A stretch of 64,000 nucleotides of DNA. It comes from an uncultured virus (IMG/VR IMGVR_UViG_3300042898_003763) (lineage: Duplodnaviria; Heunggongvirae; Uroviricota; Caudoviricetes). The translations under genes and the position numbers were made by a program. Of this stretch, positions 46,715 through 55,153 are shown piece after piece (within the stretch, counting starts at the first letter, position 1; every line of letters starts with the position of its first letter). The DNA is taken from IMG/VR virus record IMGVR_UViG_3300042898_003763. One strand, given 5' to 3'. The notes beneath the pieces are model-generated. The model did no database searches. It was not told the DNA's origin and saw only the letters and a program-made list of their open reading frames with translations.

Positions 46715-47713
46715 TTAGCCTAACGAATCCAAAATATTTTCTAAGGAGTCAGTGAATCCGTATTTAGGTGTCCAACCTAACGCATTACCTATGGCATTAA
46801 TACTAGGTACCCGATTCGATACATCTTGATATCCTGCACCATAAAAATCTCCACTTGATTTCACTTTAATATCTACTGTATCTACAATGCCTCGATTTTT
46901 TAATCTATCAATTAATAACACAGCAACATCTCGTACCGACAAATTATTCCACGGATTTCCAATATTAAATATTTTACCGTTTGATGCTGGTTCATTTAAC
47001 AGGATTTCTTTTAATGCATCAACCCCATCTCGAACATCTGTGAAGCAACGTTTCTGATGACCACCGTCGACAAGGGTAACCATATTACGCTGAATCGCAT
47101 CACCCATCAATTGAGTAATTAATCTAGATGATCCTTCCGACGTAGATTCCAACGAGTCCAAATAAGGACCTACCCAGTTGAAAGGGCGGAATAATGTGAA
47201 TCTGAATGGGTCACGCTGATTCATTGCAAAAATTACTCGATCCAACAATTGTTTAGAACAAGCGTAAATCCAGCGAGAATATTTAATTGGACCATATACC
47301 AAATCAGTTTGTTCCTCATCAAAAGGTGCCTCGCCTTTTCCGTATACTTCAGACGTAGATGGGAAGATGACTCGTTTACCTAATTTGTGAGCAAGTTTAA
47401 TTACTCTAAGATTTTCCTCAAAGTCTAACTCAAAAACCTTTAAGGGTTGTTCCACATAAAGTTTAGGTGTTGCGATAGCTACCAACGGCATAATGATATC
47501 GGCCTCAAGTATTAGACTATCTACCAATTCTTTATCTTTAATAATATCAGTTTGGTGAAAAGTAAATCTACTATCTTTCGGTAGCATGTTTGTTCTGGCA
47601 GTATTAAAATCTACGCCATCAATTTTCCATTTATCGAATCTACTATCAGATAAAATAGAATTTGTTAGATGATATCCGATGAATCCATCCGATCCTAATA
47701 TTAAAAGTCGCAT
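46715..47713 (-). CDS. Stand-alone ArnA-type UDP-glucuronate dehydrogenase/decarboxylase domain
   Basis: GSDGFIG, PLVAIATP..Y..PL.VFELDFEENL, PSTSEVYG, RWIYACSKQLLDRVI, FRPFNW, DGG.QKRCFTD, GYQDV. Confidence 0.92.
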   Translation of the reverse strand: MRLLILGSDGFIGYHLTNSILSDSRFDKWKIDGVDFNTARTNMLPKDSRFTFHQTDIIKDKELVDSLILEADIIMPLVAIATPKLYVEQPLKVFELDFEENLRVIKLAHKLGKRVIFPSTSEVYGKGEAPFDEEQTDLVYGPIKYSRWIYACSKQLLDRVIFAMNQRDPFRFTLFRPFNWVGPYLDSLESTSEGSSRLITQLMGDAIQRNMVTLVDGGHQKRCFTDVRDGVDALKEILLNEPASNGKIFNIGNPWNNLSVRDVAVLLIDRLKNRGIVDTVDIKVKSSGDFYGAGYQDVSNRVPSINAIGNALGWTPKYGFTDSLENILDSLG

Positions 47714-48448
47714 TTACAGCCTTTCCAATTTTAAATTATCAATATTTTTTATAATATCTTTCAATTGCTTACTTAGACAATCTTCTTCTTTGTATTCTAG
47801 ATTGCCGACAATATCTAAATTTTTCTTTTTAATCAATATGTTATTAGTCTTGCCCAAATTGATATAGATATCTTCGTGTCCGCACTCCACATGTATTCGA
47901 AGTAATCGCAACATACTTCGTTTTACAGTAAAGGAGCTAATTGTATCTATAGTATGATTTCCCTCTTCCGACGTATAATATTCATTATATGCACCTTTAA
48001 TGAAATTGTCAATAGATATAATATGAGGTACCCACTCTGAAATATCATCTTTATCTATTTGCCAACTGTAATGTATCTTACGAATATCAGTAAATTCTTT
48101 TAAATTTTCTAATACGGAAGAATACCTATATTGACTCATTATAAATGTAGGTATACCTTTGCACAATTCTTTAGCATTAGTTTTTTCCAATGCGTCAGAA
48201 AACCCTTTTTCGATAAAAATCGCAGCAGGATTTAAATCAAGACAATGCTGCAGATCAGTAAGATGATCCGCAGTTGCCGATGCAATTATTACAAATAAAT
48301 TTTGATATTGTTCTTTGGGTAGACTGTCCCGGGTAAATGTAGAAAATGAAGTATTGCTTCCTACATTAATTGTTTCTATACCTAACCTCTGTAATGAAAA
48401 TTTTATAAGAGTAGCCCACTTACCAGTACCATAAATTACTGCATGCAA
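47714..48448 (-). CDS. Gfo/Idh/MocA-like NAD(P)-dependent oxidoreductase
   Basis: VIYGTGKWA Rossmann motif, IIASATADH, IFIEK, QYRY. Confidence 0.65.
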   Translation of the reverse strand: MHAVIYGTGKWATLIKFSLQRLGIETINVGSNTSFSTFTRDSLPKEQYQNLFVIIASATADHLTDLQHCLDLNPAAIFIEKGFSDALEKTNAKELCKGIPTFIMSQYRYSSVLENLKEFTDIRKIHYSWQIDKDDISEWVPHIISIDNFIKGAYNEYYTSEEGNHTIDTISSFTVKRSMLRLLRIHVECGHEDIYINLGKTNNILIKKKNLDIVGNLEYKEEDCLSKQLKDIIKNIDNLKLERL

Positions 48449-49578
48449 ATTATTTCTCCAAGGTGCCCACGTTCTACCAATTTACGCTTAATATCATCAT
48501 AAACATTCCATGCAGTAATTACAACCAATTCATTTTTATCTAAATGGTCCGGCATGGTAATCATAATACTTGTACCGGGGAAATAGCAACCTTGTTTTAA
48601 TTCATTGTCATCTACGACACCTACAAGATTGTCATTAACTAAATTTAGAGTATATAGCGCTGTTACTGCTTTAGCTGCAGCCCCATACGCATAAAATTTA
48701 CGATTGTTAATTAATGCCTGCATTTTTTCTTGTCTAGCATGAATGCTATCTACAACATTTTCCATTGCGGTATTACTTAATGGTTTAAATGTTGTAATGG
48801 ATTTACCAATCTTTTTTCTGGCAATTATTCTAAAACTAACACCATGTGTATTAATTTTTTCTACCGACTCTACCACAAGACCAACCGAAGCTGCTAGTAC
48901 TGAAAAGGAATGAGGGGTATAATAATCAATATGTTCATGATACACATTATCTAAATATTTGCCAGTTGTTATACCTTCTTGGTCTCCGCATTCAACAACA
49001 AGAATTCCGTCATCTTTCAATGCATATGAAATACCTTTAATAACATCTTTCATATCTGGAATATGTGCCAATACATTATTAGCACATATGATATCAAAAT
49101 AACTATACCATTCGTTATTGTCTACAAGTTTAGTTCCAAAGTAATCTTGATAAACCGGAATTTTTTTCTCATCGTGATCTTGTTTAAGAAACCCAGATGG
49201 TTCTACTCCGAAAACAATCCAATCCTTATTCTTAAATTGTTGTAGTAAGTATGCGTCGTTACTACCAATTTCTAGGACAGCTCCTGGAGTAGCATACATG
49301 CTATTAATAGTTGCGGCATAATCCTCAAAATGTTTTCTGAATGAGGATGACACCCCGGAACGATATCTATATTCGGCAAACACACTGTCTGGATCCGGAG
49401 CACTTGCTAATTGCATATGCCCGCAACTAGTGCAGTAGTTTAAATCTAAGGGAAATTTTTCGTAGTTAGGCGCATAGAATAGCGCATTTGCTACAGGAGA
49501 CTCTCCTAGCGTTAACCAGGATTGTAATTCGGTATCTCCGCAGCATCTACATTCATTATACGTTTTCATATTTTTCAT
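48436..49578 (-). CDS. NDP-sugar C-methyltransferase
   Basis: CRCC...CTSC zinc site, PVAN, VLEIGSND (SAM), ANNVLAH, YHEH, HGVS.R, YGAAAK, VDDN..KQG..PG, AWN. Confidence 0.9.
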   Translation of the reverse strand: MKNMKTYNECRCCGDTELQSWLTLGESPVANALFYAPNYEKFPLDLNYCTSCGHMQLASAPDPDSVFAEYRYRSGVSSSFRKHFEDYAATINSMYATPGAVLEIGSNDAYLLQQFKNKDWIVFGVEPSGFLKQDHDEKKIPVYQDYFGTKLVDNNEWYSYFDIICANNVLAHIPDMKDVIKGISYALKDDGILVVECGDQEGITTGKYLDNVYHEHIDYYTPHSFSVLAASVGLVVESVEKINTHGVSFRIIARKKIGKSITTFKPLSNTAMENVVDSIHARQEKMQALINNRKFYAYGAAAKAVTALYTLNLVNDNLVGVVDDNELKQGCYFPGTSIMITMPDHLDKNELVVITAWNVYDDIKRKLVERGHLGEIICMQ

Positions 49579-49948
49579 GCAATGGGTGAATTTTCACAAT
49601 ATCCTCATCATAGGTATTCGCATCTCGCTTATGCTCAGATACGACAACCATAATTGAATCATCGGTAAATACCATTTCATGATCAATCAAAGGGCCAGTT
49701 TTAAATAAATCTCCTGGGCCAAATTGTTCTTTGTGAATTTTTGTTTCACCGTGATTGCGCCAAAAATAATCAATTGTACCTGTTACTAAATAACAAGTAT
49801 GTGTATCTGTCTTATGATAATGATTGGCACGTAGAGCGCCTTTCTTTGACCAAATCATTTGTACGTTCGCGAAGTCATGTACTAAAGGAAGAATTTTACC
49901 TCGGGTGTCAGTGAAACCTTCTTCTAGTTGTAATTTATGTGTAGTCAT
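49556..49948 (-). CDS. Cupin, NDP-sugar epimerase/ketoisomerase-like
   Basis: FTDTRG, RANHYHK..H..Y...G, P...H. Confidence 0.8.
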   Translation of the reverse strand: MTTHKLQLEEGFTDTRGKILPLVHDFANVQMIWSKKGALRANHYHKTDTHTCYLVTGTIDYFWRNHGETKIHKEQFGPGDLFKTGPLIDHEMVFTDDSIMVVVSEHKRDANTYDEDIVKIHPLHEKYENV

Positions 49949-49957
49949 AATTCCCTT

Positions 49958-50506
49958 TCAATTAAATGCATACCAATTTGGCACGGTTCGTTTTTTCCAT
50001 GATGCTAAGTGTTGCTTGTCACCTACATAATAATTTTTATATGATATAATACTATCATTTGCGACCTTATATTTATCAGGCATTGCAGGAGTAGGTTCTG
50101 TAAATTTAGGATGCTCTGCAATTCCTGATGGTACAAATCTTAACTCCTCTAACAATCCTTCTCGTTCTACTTTATGAACCTTTTCATATCTATATGTATA
50201 TTCTTTACATAACGAAGTTAATAATTTCCATAGCCATGTATAATTATCTCTAGATTGTCTTACCCAAACTGCGGAAGGATGATTAATATGAGTAGCAATA
50301 TACAAAATGGAATCACGCTTGTCGGAAAGAATATACCGTTTAGCTTTACGCCCAGACTGACTAAAACCGTCAGTTAGAATCCCATCAAGAACGCGATGAG
50401 CAGTAGAAAGTAGTTGGGCATATTCTAAAATCATTTTTACGCAATGTTTATCATTGTGCATTTCTGCACACTCTTTTACATCATTATCTAAGTAAAAAAT
50501 ATTCAT
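49958..50506 (-). CDS. Pyrimidine-dimer DNA glycosylase family protein
   Basis: MNIFYLD, H.DKHCVKMILEYAQLLSTAH, THINHPS..W, EYTYRY.K.H, AMPD.Y. Confidence 0.8.
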   Translation of the reverse strand: MNIFYLDNDVKECAEMHNDKHCVKMILEYAQLLSTAHRVLDGILTDGFSQSGRKAKRYILSDKRDSILYIATHINHPSAVWVRQSRDNYTWLWKLLTSLCKEYTYRYEKVHKVEREGLLEELRFVPSGIAEHPKFTEPTPAMPDKYKVANDSIISYKNYYVGDKQHLASWKKRTVPNWYAFN

Positions 50507-50775
50507 ACTGGCTCAATAGATTTCATAATTTTAATAATAATTTGTTTTGTTTTTGCCGAGTATAAGTTGGATCCTTTTGCCTCGGTTAGAGCATGTATTA
50601 CATCAAAAGGATCGTACTTATCTAAATTGCTATTCGTTATTCTTTCTTCAAAATACCCAAATGTATTCATAGCAGAAATGGTAATGAACACTTCCTCTTC
50701 TGTGTAGAGTGGAATTTTATAACCATTTAGAAGTTTGGTATATTTGTCGGGAAATGTATAAATTCTTGCGGTCAT
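50503..50775 (-). CDS. Hypothetical protein
   Basis: ATGA overlap with the downstream gene. Confidence 0.65.
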   Translation of the reverse strand: MTARIYTFPDKYTKLLNGYKIPLYTEEEVFITISAMNTFGYFEERITNSNLDKYDPFDVIHALTEAKGSNLYSAKTKQIIIKIMKSIEPV

Positions 50776-50807
50776 ACCTTAAGAGATTAATGTTCTCGAG
50801 GTATTTA

Positions 50808-50972
50808 TTAATTTTCATTGGTCACAACTTCAACAGAAGATCTTTGTTTATAAAAATTAAAAAGTTTAACATAATGTGCAAAACGAATCGGTTCTTGCTC
50901 AGGATTCGGTAAATCTTTTCCATAATATTCGCACAACTCATTATATTTTAGTAGTATTTCCTCATCGGTCAT
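50808..50972 (-). CDS. 54-aa hypothetical protein (not in track)
   Basis: MTDEEILLKYNELCEYYGKDLPNPEQEPIRFAHYVKLF...*; GGAGG RBS; fills the gap. Confidence 0.7.
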   Translation of the reverse strand: MTDEEILLKYNELCEYYGKDLPNPEQEPIRFAHYVKLFNFYKQRSSVEVVTNEN

Positions 50973-51447
50973 TTAACCAGTCCTCCACATAATCAATTGT
51001 AACTTTAACATCTTTATGTAGTATTGCAGCTCCACCGTATTTTTTAAAATTATCAATGATGTCAGGTGTGTCATCTATAAGAATAGAACTGGCTTCTGCA
51101 TAATTTCTTTTATATCTTTTTCCCGGTACAAATATTGCAGGAAAAGATATATCATGATATCTTAACCATTTCATTTTTTGTTGAACAATTACATTATGAT
51201 CGGCGAATCCTCCAGTAGATCCTAGAATTGCAATTTGTACATTTTTTAGAGATTCTAAATAAATTAACAAATCCGTTGATCCTGGGAATAGATCTAGTGT
51301 CTCAAAATTATCATCGTCAACAAAGTAACGCCATCTTTCGGAAAATTTAACATCTCGATCTTCTCCAGGTTCTGCACCAAACAGTGCGCGATATCGTTTT
51401 TCAAAATTAGCTAAGACTCCATCCATATCTACAAAAAGTTTTTTCAT
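50962..51447 (-). CDS. 5'(3')-deoxyribonucleotidase (HAD)
   Basis: LFVDMDGVLANF, K..W, LIDD motifs. Confidence 0.88.
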   Translation of the reverse strand: MKKLFVDMDGVLANFEKRYRALFGAEPGEDRDVKFSERWRYFVDDDNFETLDLFPGSTDLLIYLESLKNVQIAILGSTGGFADHNVIVQQKMKWLRYHDISFPAIFVPGKRYKRNYAEASSILIDDTPDIIDNFKKYGGAAILHKDVKVTIDYVEDWLNDR

Positions 51448-52769
51448 TTAATTTTGTTTGCCATATCTGCAATGTCTTTATCTTCACGCAGTTCAATAAA
51501 CACTGGAAGAAACAATGATTCGGTATTACCGCTTCGTTCTTTGATACGGGCATTATATTTTACTGTTATTACTTTACCAATTACTTGTTTAGTGTATGCA
51601 TCTCGTTGCTCATCCGAATATCCCGAACCTACGTTTACCCGGATAACACCATCTTCGGATTCACAAACTAATGCACCTAACCGACCTTTATTTTTGCCGG
51701 TACCCTCTTCCCAATCAATTACTCGCAATTCGCATTCAAGTTCACCTTTGAATTTAATTTGTTCCTTTGATCGTTTATCTTCCCAAATACCCGTTTTGCT
51801 TTTAAGGATAGTACCTTCCTGTCCCTGTGCAAGAAAAGTTTCAAAAATTGTTTTAGCACTCGATAGTTCAGTTACTTCTTTTGTCCAGACCATATCAACA
51901 TATTGTCCGAATTGAGAATTTGAATGTTTCATATCTGACATAGCATTTGATAATTTTGCCATACGAATATTATATGGTTCAATATCAATACCTAGCTTAA
52001 ATGAGTCATATGAAATAGAGTCCCATAAAGTGGCTCGTACTTGCAATGCCTCTGTCTCTGACATTGTGCCCTTAATAGCCTTAGAAAGGATACCATTACC
52101 TGTTTGTCTGTTGACCGGCTTTCCTGCAAAGTCTGCAATTAGTAATTCGCCGTCAAACACCATATCCTGTTTATAATGCTCTGCCATTTTAATAAATGGA
52201 ATCGCAAAAGTTTTATTTGGGATAATAATTTCCCGACCGTTTCTAGATCTAAACTCTACAGTTTGCCCTCGTACAATTGCGTTGAAGCGCATGCCGTCGA
52301 GTTTAAGTTGTACGTATGCTGGAAAGGAGATTTTATCGACGAGCTTTTGGTCGTATCCAGAAGCCAGCATAACTGGGTACGTTGAGATAAGCTTTGGCCA
52401 AATTTTATTTGCGGTCGCTTCTGATACTCCGCAGCGGAGGTCTTTTGCAATAATACGCTCAATGATTTTTGCATCTTTTTCAGTTAAGGATTCTAAAATG
52501 TTTGTAAGATGTTTAATACCCGCATGACCCGTAACCAACCTTTTGTTTAGAGCATCTAGTTGATCCAGCGCTTCATCCAAAGTAATCGAATTATTGCTAA
52601 TTGTATATTCCGGAATTTTTCTGATATAGAATTGTTGAAAAGGATCTAGTGCAAGATAAAATACACGTTGCAACGTGCCGTTACTTTTATTTTTAATAAG
52701 TATTGCTTCTTTCGCTAGACGTGAATTATCTGACGCAAGTTGCTCAAAAATACTATAAATGAAACTCAT
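51444..52769 (-). CDS. gp30: ATP-dependent DNA ligase
   Basis: KDLRCG, MLA, QLKLDGMR (KxDG), FDGEL, EGTILK, KRS..IKFK, VGSG, LFLPVF..RED. Confidence 0.95.
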   Translation of the reverse strand: MSFIYSIFEQLASDNSRLAKEAILIKNKSNGTLQRVFYLALDPFQQFYIRKIPEYTISNNSITLDEALDQLDALNKRLVTGHAGIKHLTNILESLTEKDAKIIERIIAKDLRCGVSEATANKIWPKLISTYPVMLASGYDQKLVDKISFPAYVQLKLDGMRFNAIVRGQTVEFRSRNGREIIIPNKTFAIPFIKMAEHYKQDMVFDGELLIADFAGKPVNRQTGNGILSKAIKGTMSETEALQVRATLWDSISYDSFKLGIDIEPYNIRMAKLSNAMSDMKHSNSQFGQYVDMVWTKEVTELSSAKTIFETFLAQGQEGTILKSKTGIWEDKRSKEQIKFKGELECELRVIDWEEGTGKNKGRLGALVCESEDGVIRVNVGSGYSDEQRDAYTKQVIGKVITVKYNARIKERSGNTESLFLPVFIELREDKDIADMANKIK

Positions 52770-52796
52770 TTTTTCTCCTTTATCCTTTATTCTCTA

Positions 52797-52825
52797 ATTA
52801 TAACATCTTTGGATTTGGAAGTCAA
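52797..52825 (-). promoter_or_regulatory. Sigma70-like early promoter
   Basis: TTGACT-N17-TATAAT with extended -10, upstream of the ligase. Confidence 0.8.
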
Positions 52826-53022
52826 GCAATTTTTACCAGAAATGGATCATATCTAGATGTTATTGAAAAAACAACCTTATACTTAGGAGCCTCTGCAATC
52901 AATTTATCTTTAATGTTATCAATTGATTGTAAATTTGAATATACTCCTACTATAGTTTTACGCTTAACACGATTAATCTTATCCAAATATTTTACTTCAA
53001 GAATATATTGGTTTGGGATCAT
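52822..53022 (-). CDS. Hypothetical protein
   Basis: ATGA-coupled to the upstream gene. Confidence 0.65.
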   Translation of the reverse strand: MIPNQYILEVKYLDKINRVKRKTIVGVYSNLQSIDNIKDKLIAEAPKYKVVFSITSRYDPFLVKIA

Positions 53023-53297
53023 GTAATTTTCTTATCCATTGTTGTCGTCTGCGTAATAGTTTCATATAAAGTTTCGAACTCTTCGTGTTCTTCTAATTCT
53101 TGTTTAAAGTTTTGCCGATGATATACTTTTGCCATGCGCCTAAATGTTTTCTTCGAAAGATTTTGTTCTTCACAAATGTCCTCGATTGCTTGTTTGATTA
53201 GATCTCGCTCTGCATCCATACGAGTCATAGAATTGCTAATTTCTTTCATGCAATCAAAAATTGCCTTACGGTCATTTGGATTTGATGGTACTGTCAT
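53019..53297 (-). CDS. T4 DsbA-like dsDNA-binding protein
   Basis: KEISNSM...E...IK...K.F.RMAK.YH.Q.F..E..E.E.LY pattern. Confidence 0.75.
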   Translation of the reverse strand: MTVPSNPNDRKAIFDCMKEISNSMTRMDAERDLIKQAIEDICEEQNLSKKTFRRMAKVYHRQNFKQELEEHEEFETLYETITQTTTMDKKIT

Positions 53298-53325
53298 AAT
53301 GTTCCTTTAATAAAATAATATAATA

Positions 53326-54096
53326 TTACAAACGTCGTTCAATATCTTCTTCAATACAATCTTCACCATATTGAATCTCTACAATTTTAAGAGGGACTAC
53401 ACTCTCGTTACATAATTGATGCCAGTCGGTTGTCGCAATATGCAAACTATCAAACTTATTATATACCCCTAATAGCTCTGCGTCTGTAGTCTTTTCGTCC
53501 AAAGTATATACAGTTGCTGTACCTTCTGCAATGAACCAATGCTCTGCTCTTTTTGCATGCTTCTGCATACTTAAACATTTGCCCGGCAATACTGTAAGTT
53601 CCTTTACTTTCACTTCATTGGTGTAATTTTGCAAAATGCGATAATACCCCCATGGACGTTCAGTTTTCGGGGACTTCCATTCCTCTAAAATCCAAGAACT
53701 AGAATTTTGTTTATTATCCCCACCTATGCCGAAAGCAAATTCTAAATTAGAATCATCAAACGCAATCTCCGGAATATTATTATATGTCCTATCTCCGCCG
53801 TTTGCGAAAATAATTTTTTCGACTGGAAAAAAATTCCTAACCTTTTTAATTGCATCTTTTGCTGTACCGTCCGCATCATCAAACGCAATAGTCCAATCAA
53901 CAAATTTTAAATTATCAAGAATTGCCTGTCTCTCATTAAAAGGCATAAATGCTTTGCCTTTTTTGCGAACAAGCCAATTATCAGAATTTAGGCCTACAAT
54001 CAAAGTACTGCCCATACTTGCAGCAGTTTTTAAATATGCAATATGGCCACTATGAACAGGATCAAAGCCGCCGGTTACTAAAACAACTGTTTTCAT
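53326..54096 (-). CDS. Cytidylyltransferase-like domain fused to a mannose-6-P isomerase type-II cupin
   Basis: TGGFDPVHSGH (HIGH), FANGGDR; ERPWGYY, LSMQKH..RAEHW, EIQYG..C.EEDIER. Confidence 0.88.
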   Translation of the reverse strand: MKTVVLVTGGFDPVHSGHIAYLKTAASMGSTLIVGLNSDNWLVRKKGKAFMPFNERQAILDNLKFVDWTIAFDDADGTAKDAIKKVRNFFPVEKIIFANGGDRTYNNIPEIAFDDSNLEFAFGIGGDNKQNSSSWILEEWKSPKTERPWGYYRILQNYTNEVKVKELTVLPGKCLSMQKHAKRAEHWFIAEGTATVYTLDEKTTDAELLGVYNKFDSLHIATTDWHQLCNESVVPLKIVEIQYGEDCIEEDIERRL

Positions 54097-54476
54097 TATC
54101 GCCTCATACTAGAAATGTCTTTTGCTTCTTGGTCTGTAAAAATGGGAACCGCATTAGACTTATGCATTGTTCCGATACCTAAAATTTTATCGCCAGTATA
54201 CTTCATAGGCGCACGTATTGTGACAGCACCTACATGACCCGTATCTAGACTTTTAATGTGTTTTGTACTACGATCTTCAGGTACAGCTAACTGATAGGAG
54301 AGCTGCTTAAATGGCTTTTTAGCTTTGACAGGAGCCGCACCATGTGAGGCTAAAATTTGATTCCAACTAGATTCGAGATCCCGAGCTTTTTTTGCTTGCT
54401 CGGAATTTCGATATTTTTGCTTGCCTTTTTTCTTGCCCGTAGAAGATAACCAAGGCCCAACCAAATGCATAGACAT
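54096..54476 (-). CDS. Conserved basic phage protein
   Basis: YTG..ILGIGTMHKSNAVP.F...A.DIS.MRR motif. Confidence 0.75.
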   Translation of the reverse strand: MSMHLVGPWLSSTGKKKGKQKYRNSEQAKKARDLESSWNQILASHGAAPVKAKKPFKQLSYQLAVPEDRSTKHIKSLDTGHVGAVTIRAPMKYTGDKILGIGTMHKSNAVPIFTDQEAKDISSMRR

Positions 54477-54503
54477 AACATTTCCATTATCAAGTAAAAT
54501 TAT

Positions 54504-54532
54504 ATTATAACATCTTTTTCAATATTTGTCAA
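54504..54532 (-). promoter_or_regulatory. Consensus sigma70 promoter
   Basis: TTGACA-N17-TATAAT with extended -10. Confidence 0.85.
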
Positions 54533-54674
54533 ATGCTCTGTATTGCTTTATGTTAAAATCTCTTGCATCATATTGGGGATCTGGAGGCATCGTTCCTACG
54601 TCTGACCATTTTTCAGTTGGTTCCGGTATAGGTTCTTCTTTGAACCAGGTCAGGAAGCGTTCAAAGAAACCTTC
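54519..54674 (-). CDS. 51-codon -1-frame extension of the 54650-55153 gene (candidate frameshift product)
   Basis: EGFFERFLTWFKEEPIPEP...RAFDKY*, entered by -1 slip on A AAA AAG at 54680-54674. Confidence 0.7.
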   Translation of the reverse strand, partial: EGFFERFLTWFKEEPIPEPTEKWSDVGTMPPDPQYDARDFNIKQYRAFDKY

Positions 54675-54680
54675 TTTTTT
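54602..54680 (-). other. Candidate programmed -1 frameshift signal (slippery heptamer plus hairpin/pseudoknot)
   Basis: In-frame A AAA AAG, 5-nt spacer, 10-bp stem TTCTTTGAAC/GTTCAAAGAA; loop CTGACC complementary to downstream GGTCAG. Confidence 0.75.
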
Positions 54681-55153
54681 GACGGAGCAGCCTTTACCTT
54701 AATAACTGGTTCTGCTACAGCTTCTCGTACAGGTAAAAGCTCAGGATATGCTTCTCTAACCAAATCTTCAGTAATTGATTTGTATTTAGTTTGTAGCTTT
54801 TTATCTTTTGCTAAACAAACTGCTTCAGCCTCTGACCAATGGATGCCTTCCAATAGTTGAATAAATAGTTGTTCTTTTCGTTGTTTAGAAAGATTGACAT
54901 CGCGATTTAGCCAAATATAAAAGCGACGAAATTCTGAAAACAAATTTGTCTCAGAATATCCTGCCGGAATTGATGTATCTTTCTTAAATGGCGGTTCGCC
55001 TTCGGGCAAATCCATTTTAATCATAGGATCAAAATTGATTCGAAGAATTCCTCTCACAACCATTGCATCATATGCTCGCAACACTTTAATTTTTGTTTCT
55101 CGTGTAACTGATTTTTCTACTTCTTCAAACACCTGGGGTACGGTTGTTTTCAT
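54650..55153 (-). CDS. Conserved T4-like-phage hypothetical protein next to RNase H
   Basis: NFDP...LPEGEPPF, L.SEFRRFY, RKEQLFIQLLEGIH..EAE....KDKKL...YK.IT...V.EAYP. Confidence 0.85.
   Translation of the reverse strand: MKTTVPQVFEEVEKSVTRETKIKVLRAYDAMVVRGILRINFDPMIKMDLPEGEPPFKKDTSIPAGYSETNLFSEFRRFYIWLNRDVNLSKQRKEQLFIQLLEGIHWSEAEAVCLAKDKKLQTKYKSITEDLVREAYPELLPVREAVAEPVIKVKAAPSKKKVSLNAS

Noticed and set aside
46715..47713. Complete arn (Ara4N, polymyxin-resistance) pathway
   Set aside because: Only the decarboxylase domain is present; no ArnB, formyltransferase, ArnC, ArnD or ArnT in the window.
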